A stretch of 64,000 nt of DNA from Felis catus (GCF_018350175.1 NC_058368.1:4402001-4466000); one strand, 5' to 3'; positions 13,110 through 26,414 are shown, counted from the first letter of the stretch. Numbers and translations: made by a program. Notes: generated from the sequence alone by a model not told the origin.

Positions 13110-13320
13110 GCGGCGTCTGAGTGGCTCAGTCGTTGAGCGTCCCACTTTGCCTCAGGTCATGATCTCGTGGTTTGGGAGTTCGAGGCCCACGTCGGGCTCC
13201 CTGCTGTCAGCATATAGTCTGCTTCAGATCCTCTGTCCCTCCCTCTCTGCCCCACCCCCACCCCGCCGCTTGCCTTGCACAGGCTCTCGTTCTCTCTCTC
13301 TCTCAAAAATAAACATTTAA
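13110..13320 (+). mobile_element. CAN SINE
   Basis: Head, (CT)n, aaataaa tail. Confidence 0.9.
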
Positions 13321-13896
13321 CAAAGACTTAACAAATGGAAGAATATATCACATTCATGCATCTGAATGTCAATATGGAGAGATATCAGTTCTCCCCAAAT
13401 TGATCTTCAGATTTAATATAATGTCAACCAAATTCTTCTCATGTTTTTTTTTTTTTTAAAATAGGCAAGTTAATTCGAAATCTATATGAAAGAACACAAA
13501 AGCCCAAAACCAGACAAGAAATCTTTTAAGAATAAAGAAAGCCTTAATAAAGTTTACTACAATAAAGGCAGCATGGGTACTGGTTATCAGGGCAGACGAT
13601 GTAAACAATGGAATAAAAGAAAAATCCCGTAAACAGATTACTGCATATAACGGGTATGTGCTTTATGACGGGTCCCTGGATAAAGAATAAATGGTGCTGG
13701 GATGATGGTTACTATAGGGAAGAAAGGATGTCAAACTCTACCTTATACTAAACCAAGGAGAACTTCCAACTTGATTATAGAGACCTAAAAATAAAGAAAA
13801 AACATTAAACATTTCTTCTGTTTTCAGAAGAAAACAATATTGTATGGCTTTTAAGGAAACAAACATTTCTCAAATAAGATCTAAAAAGCACGAACT

Positions 13897-14047
13897 GGGG
13901 CGCCTGAGTGGCTCAGTCAGTTGAGCATCCAACTATTGATTTTGGCTCAGGTCACGATCTCTTGGTTCGTGGGTTTGAGTCCCTGCATCGGGCTCGGCAC
14001 TGACAGCGCAGAACCTACCTGTGATTCTCTGTCTCCCTTTCTTTCTG

Positions 14048-14080
<33 letters not shown>

Positions 14081-14120
14081 AATAAATAAACTCAAAAAAA
14101 ATTTTTTAATTAAAAAATAA
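13897..14120 (+). mobile_element. CAN SINE (older)
   Basis: TSD aaaaagcac. Confidence 0.92.
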
Positions 14121-14385
14121 AAAGCACTAAGTATACAGGAAAAGATTGCTAAATTCAACAACATTAAAATGAAGGAATTAAATCCTTCCTTTAATACCAT
14201 AAAGAAAGTGAACAGACAAGCCATAAACTGAGGGAAGGCATATGCCTAACACAGGGTTATTCTAACATATCAAGAAAGGGGAGAAATCAGTAAGAAAAAA
14301 GTAAACCACCATAAAGAAAAACGCTCGTAAGACAAACAGACACATGACAGAAAACAAAAGCGAGCAATAAAAACATACGGGGTGT

Positions 14386-14580
14386 GGAGCACCTGGGTAG
14401 CTCAGTTGGCTAAGCACCCGACTTCGGCCTAGGTCATGATCTCTGTTTCTGTGTTTGAGCCCTGTTTCAGGCTCTGTGCTGACGGCTCAGAGCCTGAAGC
14501 CTGCTTCAGATTCTGTGATTCCCTCTCTCTGCCCCTGTCTGCCCCCCTCTCAAAAATAAATAAAAATTAAAAAAAAAAAA
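14386..14580 (+). mobile_element. CAN SINE (first of a tandem pair)
   Basis: Head, body, A tail. Confidence 0.9.
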
Positions 14581-14589
14581 CAACACACA

Positions 14590-14774
14590 GGGTGCTTGGG
14601 TGGCTCAGTTGGTTAAGCGTCCGACTTTGGCTCAGGTCATGATCTCAAGGTTCATGGGTTCGAGCCCCATATCAGGCTCTGTGCCGACAGCTTAGAGCCT
14701 GGAGCCTGCTTCGGATTCTCTCTGCCCCTCCCCCACTCATGCTCTGTCTCTACCAAAACTAAGCATTAAAAAAA
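14590..14774 (+). mobile_element. CAN SINE (second of a tandem pair)
   Basis: Head, body, A tail. Confidence 0.9.
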
Positions 14775-16072
14775 CACACACACACAAAAAGATGTTCAAC
14801 CTTAAAAAGTAGCCAGGGAACGTTGCTGCCAATCAAGGCCACAACACAGCATTCCATTTCTTAACTACAAAACTGGCAAAATTCAGACTCTGACAATATC
14901 AAATGTTGATGAGGATGTGGTGTGAGGGGAACCGTCGCTGAGAGGAGGGAGAATAAGCAGAAATATTTTGAAAAGCAATCTGGCATTATCGCGTAAACTT
15001 AAAAATACGCATCCCCTCCCAAACCCAGCAATTCCGGTCCTGCACACGAATATAAAACGCAGAATTGTGTGGACTAGCACGAACCCGGAAGGAGCCGTGT
15101 GTCCACCGACAGGAGAAGAGCTTCGTGAATTACGGGACGTCACCACGGACCGAAAGCGAAGACACTACAGCTATGTGCACACCTGACGAGTTCAGGCACA
15201 CAGCTGGCAAAAGCTGGTCACAGATTATAAACAGTAGAATACCACTTCTGTACCGCTCAAAAACAAAACGAAATAGCACATGGCTTACAAACAAATAACT
15301 TGGGTGGCAAAAACTATTTCTAAGCAAAAATTAGTGAGAATTCAGGACTCCGAGAGGAGCCTACGGTAATGTTTTGCTTTTTAAGTTGGATGGTGGGTTC
15401 ACAGCTGCGCCTTCTAGAAATGTTATTCTGCAACATTAAATATTAAATGAAAAGTGTATTACTTTCAGAGGCACTGCCTTTCTGATCAGTCATGAGAAGA
15501 ATCTACTGAATTGAAATCAGCTGCAGCATAATCCCCATCCACTGTTACCAGTAACATCGTTTTTTGTTGTTTTTTTTTTTGCCAGAGTGATGTCGAACGA
15601 ATACACTTTCTACCTTTACGGGGCATCCTTCAGATATTCTACAACAGACTGCAGTTTATTTTTTCTAGTCTTACACCATGTCTAACATGAGGCGGTTTCC
15701 AATTTTATACTAATGTTGCAGGCCACTCCTCAGAATGCTTTCTTGCTCATCAATGTCACCTGCAGAACATAGCGTCCCACGCTGAACAAAATACTCGAAT
15801 ACGCTGAAATACACTGGGGCCTGCCACCTGCTCCACGCAACAGGCAGACGGGAAATTGTGGGAAAAGTGGGAGCAAGGCAAGTGTGTGTGGGAGAGGAAG
15901 AAGGGGTCAGGGATTACTGGTTGGAAACTGGGACAAAAGGGGAAAGAGGCAGATACTGCTGAAGGGAAATAGGGTGGTGTGATGTTGTGATATAAAATAT
16001 ATATTTGGTCTTCATCCCTGCCTGCATAATAAAAAAAATGAGAAAAACTCCGCATACTCTAAATAATCTGAC

Positions 16073-16299
16073 GGGGCACCCGGGTGGCGCAGCCGGTTAA
16101 GCATCCGACTTCAGCCAGGTCACGATCTCGCGGTCCGTGAGTTCGAGCCCCGCGTCAGGCTCTGGGCTGATGGCTCGGAGCCTGGAGCCTGTTTCCGATT
16201 CTGTGTCTCCCTCTCTCTGCCCCTCCCCCGTTCATTCTCTGTCCCAAAAATAAATAAACGCTGAAAAAAAAAAATTAAAAAAAAAAAAAATAAATAAAT
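16073..16299 (+). mobile_element. Young feline CAN SINE
   Basis: Young diagnostics; TSD taaataatctga. Confidence 0.95.
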
Positions 16300-16651
16300 A
16301 AATAATCTGAGAGTCAGGGACAGCCTAACCTCCTCATAGGGATATACAGGGACGAGGGTCAAGGGTCAGGCTTTTAGACGATATTATGGAAGTGCTTAAC
16401 ATTTTCAACTTTGGTGTAGGGGCTAAGACTATCTTATTTCCTTGAATCTAAGAGTACGCTAATTGTTAAAAAAGAAAAAAAATATATACCTGTGAGTTTA
16501 TAATAGCTGGGAAGGGGGCACAGTTACATCATTAAACAGATAGCAAGAGATCTGTTTCAGAATTATTAAAATAAGAAAAAAAAAAAAAAAACCGCTGCAT
16601 CATCTACTAAAATTAACCCAAAATGAATCAATGATCTAAACCTAAGACTTA

Positions 16652-16887
16652 GGGGCACCTGGGTGGCTCGGTCGGTTGAGCGTCCGACTTCAGCTCGGGT
16701 CATGATCTCATAGTCCGTGAGTTCGAGCCCCGCATTGGGCTCTGTGCTGACAGCTCACAGCCTGGAGCCTGTTTCAGATTCTGTGTCTCCCTCTCTCTGC
16801 CCCTTCCCCGCTCATGCTCTGTCTCTCTGTCTCTCAGAAATGAATAAACATTAAAAAAAAATTGTTTAAAAAAATAAATAAATAAGC
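16652..16887 (+). mobile_element. CAN SINE
   Basis: TSD taagactta. Confidence 0.94.
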
Positions 16888-17272
16888 ATAAGACTTAAAA
16901 CTATAAAACTCTTAGAAAAAAACATAGGGAAAAAGCTTCATAACATCAAATTTGGCAATGATTTCTTAGATCTGACACCAAAAGCACTGCCAACAAAAGA
17001 AAAAATAGATTAACTGGACTATATCAAAATTAAAAACTGTGTATCAAAGGACATAATCAATAGACTGAAAAGGCAAACCACACAATGGGAGAAAATACTT
17101 GCAAATCATATGTCTGATAAGGGATTAATATTAAGAATACATAAAGAACTCCTATAACACCACAACGAAAAAAACAGACAAGCCAATTAAAATATGAACA
17201 AAGGACTTGAACTGATATTTCTTTGAAGATATACAAATGGTCAAAAAGCACATTAAAAAATGTTCAACATCA

Positions 17273-17928
17273 ATATGGAGTTTCCTCAAAAAATTAAAAA
17301 TAGAACTAACCTATGACCCAGCAATTGCTCTACTAGGTATTCATCCAAAGGATACAGGAGTGATGATTCAAAGGGGCACGTGCACCCCAATGTTTACAGC
17401 AGTGCTTTCAACAATAGCCAAAGTATGGAAAGAGCCCAAATGTCCATTGACTGATGAATGGATAAAGAAGATGTGGTGTTTATAGACAGATAGATACATA
17501 CATACAGATATACATATAATGGAATATTACCCGCCAATCAAAAAGAATGAAATCTTGCCATCTGCAAAAATATGGATGGAATTAGAGTGTATTATGCTAA
17601 GCAAAATAAGTCAGAGAAAGACAAGTATATGATTTCACTCATATACTTGAGTATATCATTCAGAAAACAGATGAACATAAGGGAAGGGAAGCAAAAATAA
17701 TATAAAAACAGGGTGGGGGACAAACCATAAAAGCCTCTTAAATACAGAGAAGACACCGAGGGTTCCTGGAGGGGTGTTGGTGGGCAGATGGGCTAACAGG
17801 GTGATGGGCATTTAGCAGGGCACTTGTTGGGGTGAGCACTGGGTGTTATAGGTAAGTGATGAATCACTAAATTCTATTCCTGAAATCATTATTACACTGT
17901 ATGTTAACTAACTTGGATTTCAATTTTA
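17273..17928 (+). mobile_element. Carnivore L1 3' end, 5'-truncated, nested in the older L1
   Basis: ORF2 C-terminus and 3'UTR between perfect 18-bp direct repeats aaaaaatgttcaacatca (17255-17272 and 17929-17946). Confidence 0.9.
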
Positions 17929-18165
17929 AAAAAATGTTCAACATCATTAATCATTAGGCAAATGAAAATCAAAACCACAGTGAGACACCACCTCACACCC
18001 AGGAGGATGGCTACTATCAAAAAATCAGAAAAGAACAAGTGTTGGCAAGGATGCGGAGAAAAGTGGAACTTTACGCTCAACAGTCTGCAAGGTAGGAAGG
18101 TAAGATGATGCAGCCACTGTGGAGAACTGAATGGCGGTTCCTCATGAAATTTAAAATGGAATTTC

Positions 18166-18400
18166 TTTTTTTTTTTTTTTTAAAGATTTTTTTTTTTCAA
18201 CGTTTATTTATTTTTGGGACACAGAGAGACAGAGCATGAACGGGGGAGGGGCAGAGAGAGAGGGAGACACAGAATCGGAAACAGGCTCCAGGCTCTGAGC
18301 CATCAGCCCAGAGCCTGACGCAGGGCTCGAACTCCCGGACCGCGAGATCGTGACCTGGCTGAAGTCGGACGCTTAACCGACTGCGCCACCCAGGCGCCCC
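18166..18400 (-). mobile_element. Young feline CAN SINE
   Basis: Young diagnostics; TSD taaaatggaatttct. Confidence 0.95.
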
Positions 18401-18741
18401 TAAAATGGAATTTCTATACAATCCAGCAATCCCACTTCTGTGTATATATGCGAAGGAACTGAAAACAGAGACTCAGGCAGGAATTTGTAGACCCAGAGCA
18501 GCATTATTCACAATAGTCGAAAGGTGGAAGCAACCCAAATATCCATCAGCGGACGAAGGGACAGACGAAATGTGGTATACACATACAACGGAATATTATT
18601 CAGCCTTTAAACAGAAGGCGACTCTGACATTGGCTACATGATGCGCCTTAAAAACGTTGTGCTAACTTACAACAGGGTGAATACTGCAGGATTCCACTAA
18701 TATGAGGTACTTGGAGTAGTCAAATTCATTGACACGCATCC

Positions 18742-18902
18742 AAGGGCAGAGGGAAGAGAGAGAACGAGAGGGAGAGAATCTCAAACAGGCTCCCTGCCCA
18801 GCACGGAGCCCAACGTGAGACTCGATTCCACGACGCTGGAATCACAACCTGAGCCAAGATCAAGAGTTGGACGCTTCACCAACTGAGCCACCCGGGCGCC
18901 CC
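18742..18902 (-). mobile_element. CAN SINE (older, partial)
   Basis: Reverse head ...gagccacccgggcgcccc. Confidence 0.85.
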
Positions 18903-20803
18903 AAGATGGTAACTTTTATGCTGTTCTTACTACAACGAAAAATAAACCGCATCTTACAATGTTTAACGGAGGACGAGGATCATGCCTCCAGAAGCGCGGG
19001 GCCACCTGCAGATAATTTTCCACTTACTGGGAACGACTGGAAAGGGGGCAGGCTCAAGGCGGGAACCAGTAAGCACCGAGGAGAGCGACAGTACCCTTCA
19101 ATTCCTTGGACGGCACGGGTCCCAAACGCCGCCTGAGCCAGAACGAGGTCTGTGGGGAAACTCCATCAGACAGATGATTCACGTCCACTTTACCACGGCT
19201 AAAAACCCGGGAGTTTTTCCCACGAACTGCCACCGAGCCTGTACTCCTTCTCTACGTGTGCTATCAATTCGAAGACCTATCGACAAGAAATTCCGCGTCA
19301 GCTTTGAGGTTGTAGCTTGTCAAGGCAGTTCTGAATCTCAAATGATCACCTCTGGCCCTGCTTACCTCTGACAGCCGTATGGCCCCTGCAAATCTAATAC
19401 GCATGCTTCTCATTCCTCAACCGCAAGGAATTCATTGGCCACGCCATGCTCTGGTTCAGATAAAATACTCGCAGGTGTTAATAAGTCACTGAGATATTAT
19501 CCTTACTCTGCGAGTTCTCTCGGATACACCCCACGGTGTTCCAAGGAAAAACAATCCTTTCCGAACATGTAGCAGAATAAGAAATGGAGCATAAAGATGC
19601 AACCCTGTCATTCTTCTTATGGGCTTTAATGCCATTTATTTGCAAAGCCTTGGGCTTTAGGGAATTAACTCCTTGTCCTTAAGGCTAGAAGTGCCCTTAA
19701 AATGAAATCATCTAGCCACTTGGTATCTTAATTAGTGGCAAGAAGAGGCAAGCCCTTTGTGAAAGTCAAGGCATCCTCCCGTTTCTTGCCTTCTGGCACT
19801 CCTTCTGTTCTCTATACGACTTGCAAAATTATTCTAAATTCTTTCGAGACTGCGTCTGCAAGTCCCCTTAGCTCAACGCACAGGTCTGCTTGTGTCTGAA
19901 ACTTGAATTAATTCAAAGCAACTTACTGCTTCTTTCCTGTTTCGAAGTGTAGTTTTGGACTCAATATTGTTTTCTTGCAACTCTCTTGTTCAAAAGGGCT
20001 CTTACAGAAGAACGCCATATTTAAATCAGAATTGTCCTGTTTGGGGACATGACACTATCCTCCAAGCAGTGGCTCTTTGCTCTCCCGATTGTCCTGTAAA
20101 CAGGTAATAGTTTAAAAACCAACTTCATAATTGTGGTGAATTTTAGCCCGAGATTTACTTTTTGCTCTAAGTATCGCTCTGAGAGGCTCCTGGCGCTCTC
20201 TTGCGCTAACCCTTACGTCGGGGTTCGGATCCCCTGAGCCATCTAGGCTCAGCTCCCTTCCTGGCGATGCTGCTTCATCACATACCTCCTGCTTTTCCCT
20301 CACGGGTCACGCCTACCCTCCCTATACGTTAAGGGCCAGCTCTATGCCAATTACCCCCACACCCCGCAGGGTCTACTTGATTCTGTATTTCAGAGTTGTG
20401 TCGCTCACGGCCCCATGGACGCAGCCAAAAAAGAGCTGTCTTCCTTCCTCATATTTGGACCTCTTCCAGAATTCTCTGTTCATGGAGCCTCCGTCTTTGA
20501 TTTCCCTCTCTCACCCCTGTTGTCCAACTGGCTTCAAATCCTTCCAGTTAAGTCTCCAATAGCTCCTGGAGTCTGCTTCTCCGAGCCCCCCAGGGCCAGG
20601 ACCTTCGTTCTGGCTCTATCACTTGACTACATGTTTTCGGGGCTGAGCAAGGACACAAGTTCGAAGATGGAACCCAGGGAAGCTGTCTGCCAAAGGCTAA
20701 TGAGGAAATGGGTTGGGGCAGAGCTGCCCGAGAGCCAGGAGGACTAGACTCAACTCCTGAGAGGAAGTGTGGCAGCAAAGCCCAGTGTAAACACCGCCAG
20801 TTA

Positions 20804-21030
20804 GGGGCGCCTGGGTGGCTCAGTCGGTTGAGCGTCCGACTTCAGCTTGGGTCATGATCTCACGGTCCGTGAGTTCGAGCCCCGCGTCGGGCTCTGTGCT
20901 GACAGCTCAGAGCCCGGGGCCTGTTTCAGATTCTGTGTCTCCCTCTCTCTCTGCCCCTCCCCCATTCATGCTCTGTCTCTCTCTGTCTCAAAAATAAATA
21001 AATGTTAAAAAAAAATTAAAACAAAAACAA
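20804..21030 (+). mobile_element. CAN SINE
   Basis: TSD aaacaccgccagtta / aaacaccaccagtta. Confidence 0.95.
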
Positions 21031-22779
21031 AAACACCACCAGTTAAAACTACTCAAGTCACAAACGGTGGTCTAGCAAATGAGCTGGGATCAAAATGTGT
21101 GTCGGGAAGAGGAATGCAGAAACTGGGAGCGAATTCTAGAAACAAAAACTTTCCAGTCTCTTTTTCTCACTCCCCTTCCTCCTCCTCCCGTACTTACCAC
21201 TGCCAGCACCTTGCCACGGTCTCAAACTTTTCCGAGACTCTACAGGCTTTTCCTTCTGGCTGGAATAACCTCGTCTTTAGTTTTGCCTTAGTTCCCCTGG
21301 GATTTGAAGGCCTCGAGGGCTAGAATGTTGTCTCACTCACTCCCGGCTGTTTCTCAGATGCTGAGGACAGTTCCTGGTACTTGATAAAAACTCAATAACT
21401 ACTTCTGACTGAAGGACCTGTGAGCGTCCTTAGCGTTCTCGACAAATACATTAAACGAGATGGAAAAGGGCTGCCGAAAGCTGACGGGCAAACTGCCCCT
21501 TTTATGTATTTTTTCAAACCTGGCTCCTCCGGGACTCCCTGCATGAAGCCTCTCCCAGCGTCCCCAGCCAAGGTCCGGGGGCTCTCCCTCATGGGCCCCC
21601 GCTGGGCGTGTGGCTCTGCCCCAATATGCCTTGTGCCCTACCTCCCTACAAGATGGCCAGGGGCACAAGTTCCGAAGGAGGGATTTAGTCAGGTCTTCCC
21701 GGTCATTCCCAAACCCCAAAATGTGGAAATGTGGACCCGCAGACCCGTGCTCCCCTTCTGTGGCTTATGCGTTTCCACGTTACTGGCTGGGTCTAACTTC
21801 TCTGAAGGTTAATGGAAAGACAGCTAATCGATCGCCAATATCTCAATTCTGTCATCTTAATAACCGAGACAGATTATGATGAAGGCCCGGTCAGACTGGT
21901 TATCCAGAAACTCCTCCGTTATTCTGCAGCTGACAATAACGGTGAGATGAAATCAAGTTCAAAAACCAGAAATGACCAAATCACGTTAGAAAAAGAGTCA
22001 CAAATAAAGGTGGGTTTGGAGCCTTTTCTCATTCCATTCATTCCTTCTAGTGCTTCTCAGGTGCTAGGCAAGATTCTAAGTGCCAAGGATCCAAAGATGA
22101 CTGTAATTTGACACCTGCACTCAGGGAGGCACAGTCTCAGGGAGAAATCAGTGACTGACGGGGTATTTATATTCAAAGTTCTCAGAGAAGGAAAAGAAGA
22201 TATTTTGCAAAGTACGTGTGGACAGTTCACCGCACAACATCGACAGTTAACGCTTACGGCTAACTCATTACAGAGATCTCTCATGGTCCTCCTACTTCAC
22301 CGATTTTCTTAATCTTTAAACTCATGCATCGAATCCAACTATTGAAATCGAAACCTTTTCAGACCTACGGTGCAGGGCACGATGGGAAAAATGGGCAACG
22401 CGGTTCGGTTTTGACAAAACAAAGGAACAAACAGAGGCATAAAGGAAAGACGAAAGGAAGAGCGACGGCTTTTCTGAAGCGAGACAGGTTGGAAGGCCTG
22501 TTGTACAGTAATCTTGTTTCCTCCTCCGGAAACTTTCCTCAAGGGATGGTTGTGAAGGCAAGATAGGCTCTCACTTAGCCGATAAGAGAGAGCTTGTCAA
22601 CACTGTGGTCCTAGTGGCTGGCAAAAATAAAAAAATAAAACGAAGACTAAAAATAAAGCGGAAGGACTCTGGTACTGAGAGGGTGACAGTCCTGAGAGGT
22701 CCACGCGATGCAGGTCAGGAAAGCCGCCTCCCCCCTCCCCACCCCCCCAAGGACACGACGTAGCACTGTGCTCCCCTAC

Positions 22780-22889
22780 CTGCCCCGTCTGATAATGTCT
22801 GGCAAACTGGCTAACCACTCGGTGGTCATTTGCAAAGTACTCCATCAGAATAGAAGGAACTTCAGCGAAGTCAGTGGGGCACCTGGTCC
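22780..22889 (-). CDS. MIPEP: MIPEP coding exon (probable exon 14), 110 nt: (G)[36 protein letters not shown]
   Basis: ttttag|GGACCAGG...GGGCAG|gtaggg; DFAEVPS carries the third Zn-ligand Glu (codon 22861-22863); phase 1-0. Confidence 0.97.
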
Positions 22890-23354
22890 CTAAAATAGGG
22901 GGGAAAGAAAAAAAAAAGTTGGCATGAATCAAATCAACATATTTATCTTTCTTTTTATGTACTCTTTTAAAACTTTTATGTGTACTTCTGATGAAGGTAT
23001 GATAAGATTTAATTCATTAAATCAATATTTTACTTCTATAAAATTATTGTACATATTTGCAGAAAAGTTTATTATAATCCCATATATTTTCCTATATATC
23101 AAAAGTAAAACAAAATATTTGCACAGCTGGATAAAACACCTTGTAAAGCCATGGCTCACACCCTCTACAAACAAATCTGTCTTCAGTTCTGCTTGGCGAT
23201 ACAAGAGACACAAATTAAAACATTCTTACAATTAATGTACCATTTGTATTTAATTTGCTGAATTCCACCACCAAATGCTTTTATCCTTCACTTATTTGTT
23301 TGTTAGCTGGTTCTATTCCCTATGCTGTAATTTTCATCTCCATGATTTATTTAT

Positions 23355-23384
23355 TTTCTAAAATTTTTTTTCATGTTTATTTTT

Positions 23385-23421
<37 letters not shown>

Positions 23422-23592
23422 AGAGCATGAGCGGGGGAGGGGCAGAGAGAGAGGGAGACACAGAATCCGAAGCAGGCTCCAGGCCCCGAGCTGTCAGCAT
23501 AGAGCCCGACGCCGGGCTCGAACTCATGGACTGCGAGATCACGACCTGAGCCGAAGTCGGATGCTCAACCGACTGAGCCACCCAGGCGCCCC
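23355..23592 (-). mobile_element. CAN SINE
   Basis: TSD atgatttatttattttc; (GA)n. Confidence 0.95.
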
Positions 23593-23609
23593 AATGATTT
23601 ATTTATTTT

Positions 23610-24130
23610 CTAACTGGAAGCTAATACCTCTAATCGTTTCTCCTATCTCGCCCATCCCCCCACGCCTTCCCCTCTGGCAACCACCAGTTTGTTCTCTATG
23701 TTGAAAAGTCTATTTGTTTTGGGGCGCCTGCGTGGCTCAGTCGGTTGAGCGTCCGACTTCGGCTCAGGTCATGATCTCACGATTTGTGGGTTCGAGCCCC
23801 GCATCGGGCTCTGTGCTGACAGCCCGGAGCCCGGAGCCTGGAGCCTACTTCGTTTTCTGTGTCTCCTTCTCTCTCTGCCCCTCCCCTGTTCACGATTTGT
23901 CTCTGTTTCTCAAAAACAAATAAAGGTAAACAAATTGAAAAAGAAAAGTCTATTTGTTTTTTAGATTCCACATATAAGTGAAATCATCTGGTATCTGTCT
24001 TTCTGTGTCTGACTTATTTCACTTAGCACAACACTCTCTAGTTCCAACCATGTCGTTGCAAATGGCGAGTTCTCCTTTATGTCTCAGTAATACTTCATTG
24101 TACACGTATGTATATATATATACCACTTTA
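23610..24130 (-). mobile_element. L1 3' end fragment split by a SINE
   Basis: ctctggcaaccaccagtttgttctc...ttagattccacatataagtgaaatcat...gacttatttcacttagca. Confidence 0.85.
23721..23944 (+). mobile_element. CAN SINE
   Basis: TSD aaaagtctatttgtttt. Confidence 0.95.
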
Positions 24131-24685
24131 TCTATATGCTTCATTTGTTTTAGAAGTATTTTTTTAAACCACTGTTTGCTCCTTGTAACAAAGTCAATCC
24201 TCAGTGAGAAAAGCAATGTTTTAAACTTAAAATTACTTAAAGCAACAAATCCCGTAAGAACTTTGTGGTGACATTTTATGATGCCGTCCAGCTCATCTAC
24301 AGTCTTTTCAAATATCCTCTCCTTCCCCCAAATACTGTATTTACAAAGTTAGTTAATAAACACTGAATGACAGCAATTCGGTAGGTGACCTATAGCTGAC
24401 CATATAGGATAGTGAGCTTCTTAGAGATGAGACAACAGAGAGGAAAGTCTACACAGCATATCATCAAATATGGCCACGTTACCAGCATGAAAGGCTGTCA
24501 TTTTATATAGGGGGAAAGCACAGGAAAAATGAAAAGTACCTTATCATACTTTTTAAACAGGCTATAATGTGTTTTCTAACTGATTTTGGAGACAAAGAGG
24601 CAACATTCTTCCACTTACTCACTAACTCAGTGCTAGGTACTGAAGACACATGTATTTATTCACACAGCCAAAAACTTAAATTCCA

Positions 24686-24870
24686 GGGGCGCCTGGATGG
24701 CTCCGTCAGTTGAGGGTCCAACTCTTGATTTCAGCTCAGGTCGTGATCCCAGGGTTGTGGGATCGAGCCCCAAGTCAGGCTCCGTGCTGAGCGTGAGCCT
24801 GCTTAAGAGTCTCTCTCACTCCCTCCTTCTGCCCTCTCCCCGACCACCCATACTCTCTCTCAAAAAAAAA
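24686..24870 (+). mobile_element. CAN SINE (older)
   Basis: TSD ccaaaaacttaaattcca / ccaaaaacttcaattcca. Confidence 0.92.
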
Positions 24871-25126
24871 GAGTGTCCAAAAACTTCAATTCCATATAGA
24901 ACATGATAAAACGAAAAAGGTGCAAACTCAGAAGACACTGGCATAATCCTCGGTCAGAACTGTTAGCAAGGGAGGAGAAAAATGTACGATGATCAGGTTG
25001 TGTAACAGCTGGAAGGGCCAGGTGAGGCAGCCTGCAGTAAATGACCAGCGGACAACATTAAACGACCGGATTTTGTGAATGAGGAGCCTTTTTCCCCCCG
25101 TTCTAAATAAACGACATGCTTTTTTA

Positions 25127-25477
<351 letters not shown>

Positions 25478-25859
25478 TTAGTTACAGACACTTTTCCGAA
25501 CGCTTATTTTGCTAAAATTTTAAGTTTTCTCAAACACCAGTAATACCTTGAGCTTGTGTTGATTACTTCTTTCATTCGCTCCAAACAGATCTATCGAGGC
25601 GACGCTATACCAGATGTGGGAAACACAGTCATCAGAGAGCTTAGATCCACACCCTCAACTGTCCACGGGCAGGTGGGAAGGGACGGACATTGAGCTACTG
25701 CTTGGGGTGGGTGGTGCCATTAATGTTTACTGAGCTCCTTCCACGCGCGTCAGGCGGTGAACTAGGAGACACTTCTCACACCTGTTGTCTGTGTCACTCA
25801 GAAGCGATGAACTCTAAACTGTCACAGAGCAAGGAATTTGGAGTAACTTCCTCTAACGG

Positions 25860-26030
25860 GCTGAGAGTCACAGGCACTGTATCACTTATTCTTCGCAATA
25901 ACCCCATGAGGCAGGCATCTCATTTTTCAGAGGAGGAAAAGGAAAGCGGAGTCACGTGCCCAAGGACACACAGCCAGGACTGCTGGGATCTGAATCTGTG
26001 TCACCTAGACTCTGGCCCCACCTTTGACAC
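25860..26030 (-). mobile_element. MIR relic
   Basis: aataaccccatgaggcagg...cattttcagaggaggaaa...tgcccaaggacacacagc. Confidence 0.75.
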
Positions 26031-26414
26031 CCACATCAGATTTGCCTCCGTGAGCTTCTCTCCCCCCTGTCAAATCCCAGAGCAGCCCCCCCCCATTTCA
26101 TATGCGCATAGCTATTCAAATGCACTAGAAAGTGTGAACCGCTATTCAAATATAGGGCACCACGATCTCTGTTACAACTTAGAACCTCAAATCTTGACAT
26201 TTCCCATCAAATTACCCGAAACTGCTGAGGCTAATTAACCGGCAAACCTGGAATGCGGCGAAAGGAAATGAACCTCGCGTTTTCTTTACAAGGCGTGAAC
26301 TGGTGGCTGATAAGGTTTCCATGTGGGCATATCTTCTATAATTCTAAACTAAGACCCTTGTCAAGTATGAAAAGTAGAAAAGAGCTAAGGCTCTAGTCAG
26401 GATGTCTGGGTTCA

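Larger units (their letters stand above)
9800..15450 (+). mobile_element. Highly degraded old L1 (ORF2 to 3' end), interrupted by SINEs and by another L1 3' end (~10200-10510)
   Basis: A-rich ORF2-like blocks in colinear order: gatgcaaaaatcctc, cttctattcaacattgtactggaggttctag, tttttgcaga (FAD), aataaatggtgctggga, aacccagcaattcc. Confidence 0.75.
16600..18945 (+). mobile_element. Old L1 3' fragment hosting three SINEs and a nested younger L1
   Basis: aaaattaacccaaaatgaatc, aaactcttagaaaaaaacataggg, tgggagaaaatacttgcaaatcat, ORF 18405..18641 (YNPAIPLL...WKQPKYPS). Confidence 0.85.

Noticed and set aside
15500..15540. ctgaattgaaatcagctgcagcat resembles the reverse of the next MIPEP exon (AAADMQLQ)
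   Set aside because: The frame does not give the expected peptide, there is no matching donor, and the PLPKNMVSRLCESKK part is missing. The next exon probably lies beyond position 1.
20815..20997. Recurring ORFs of the MAQSVERPTSAQVMIS...EPASDSVSPSLS type, suggesting a repeated gene family or array
   Set aside because: All are translations of CAN SINE bodies with TSDs and A tails. Spacing is irregular, so this is neither a gene family nor a CRISPR-like array.
22322..22561. Minus-strand ORF containing FSHRAL, which also occurs in the recalled upstream MIPEP exon (STFSHRALQG)
   Set aside because: Only six residues match, the flanks are unrelated, there are no fitting splice sites and it is out of exon order; most likely chance.
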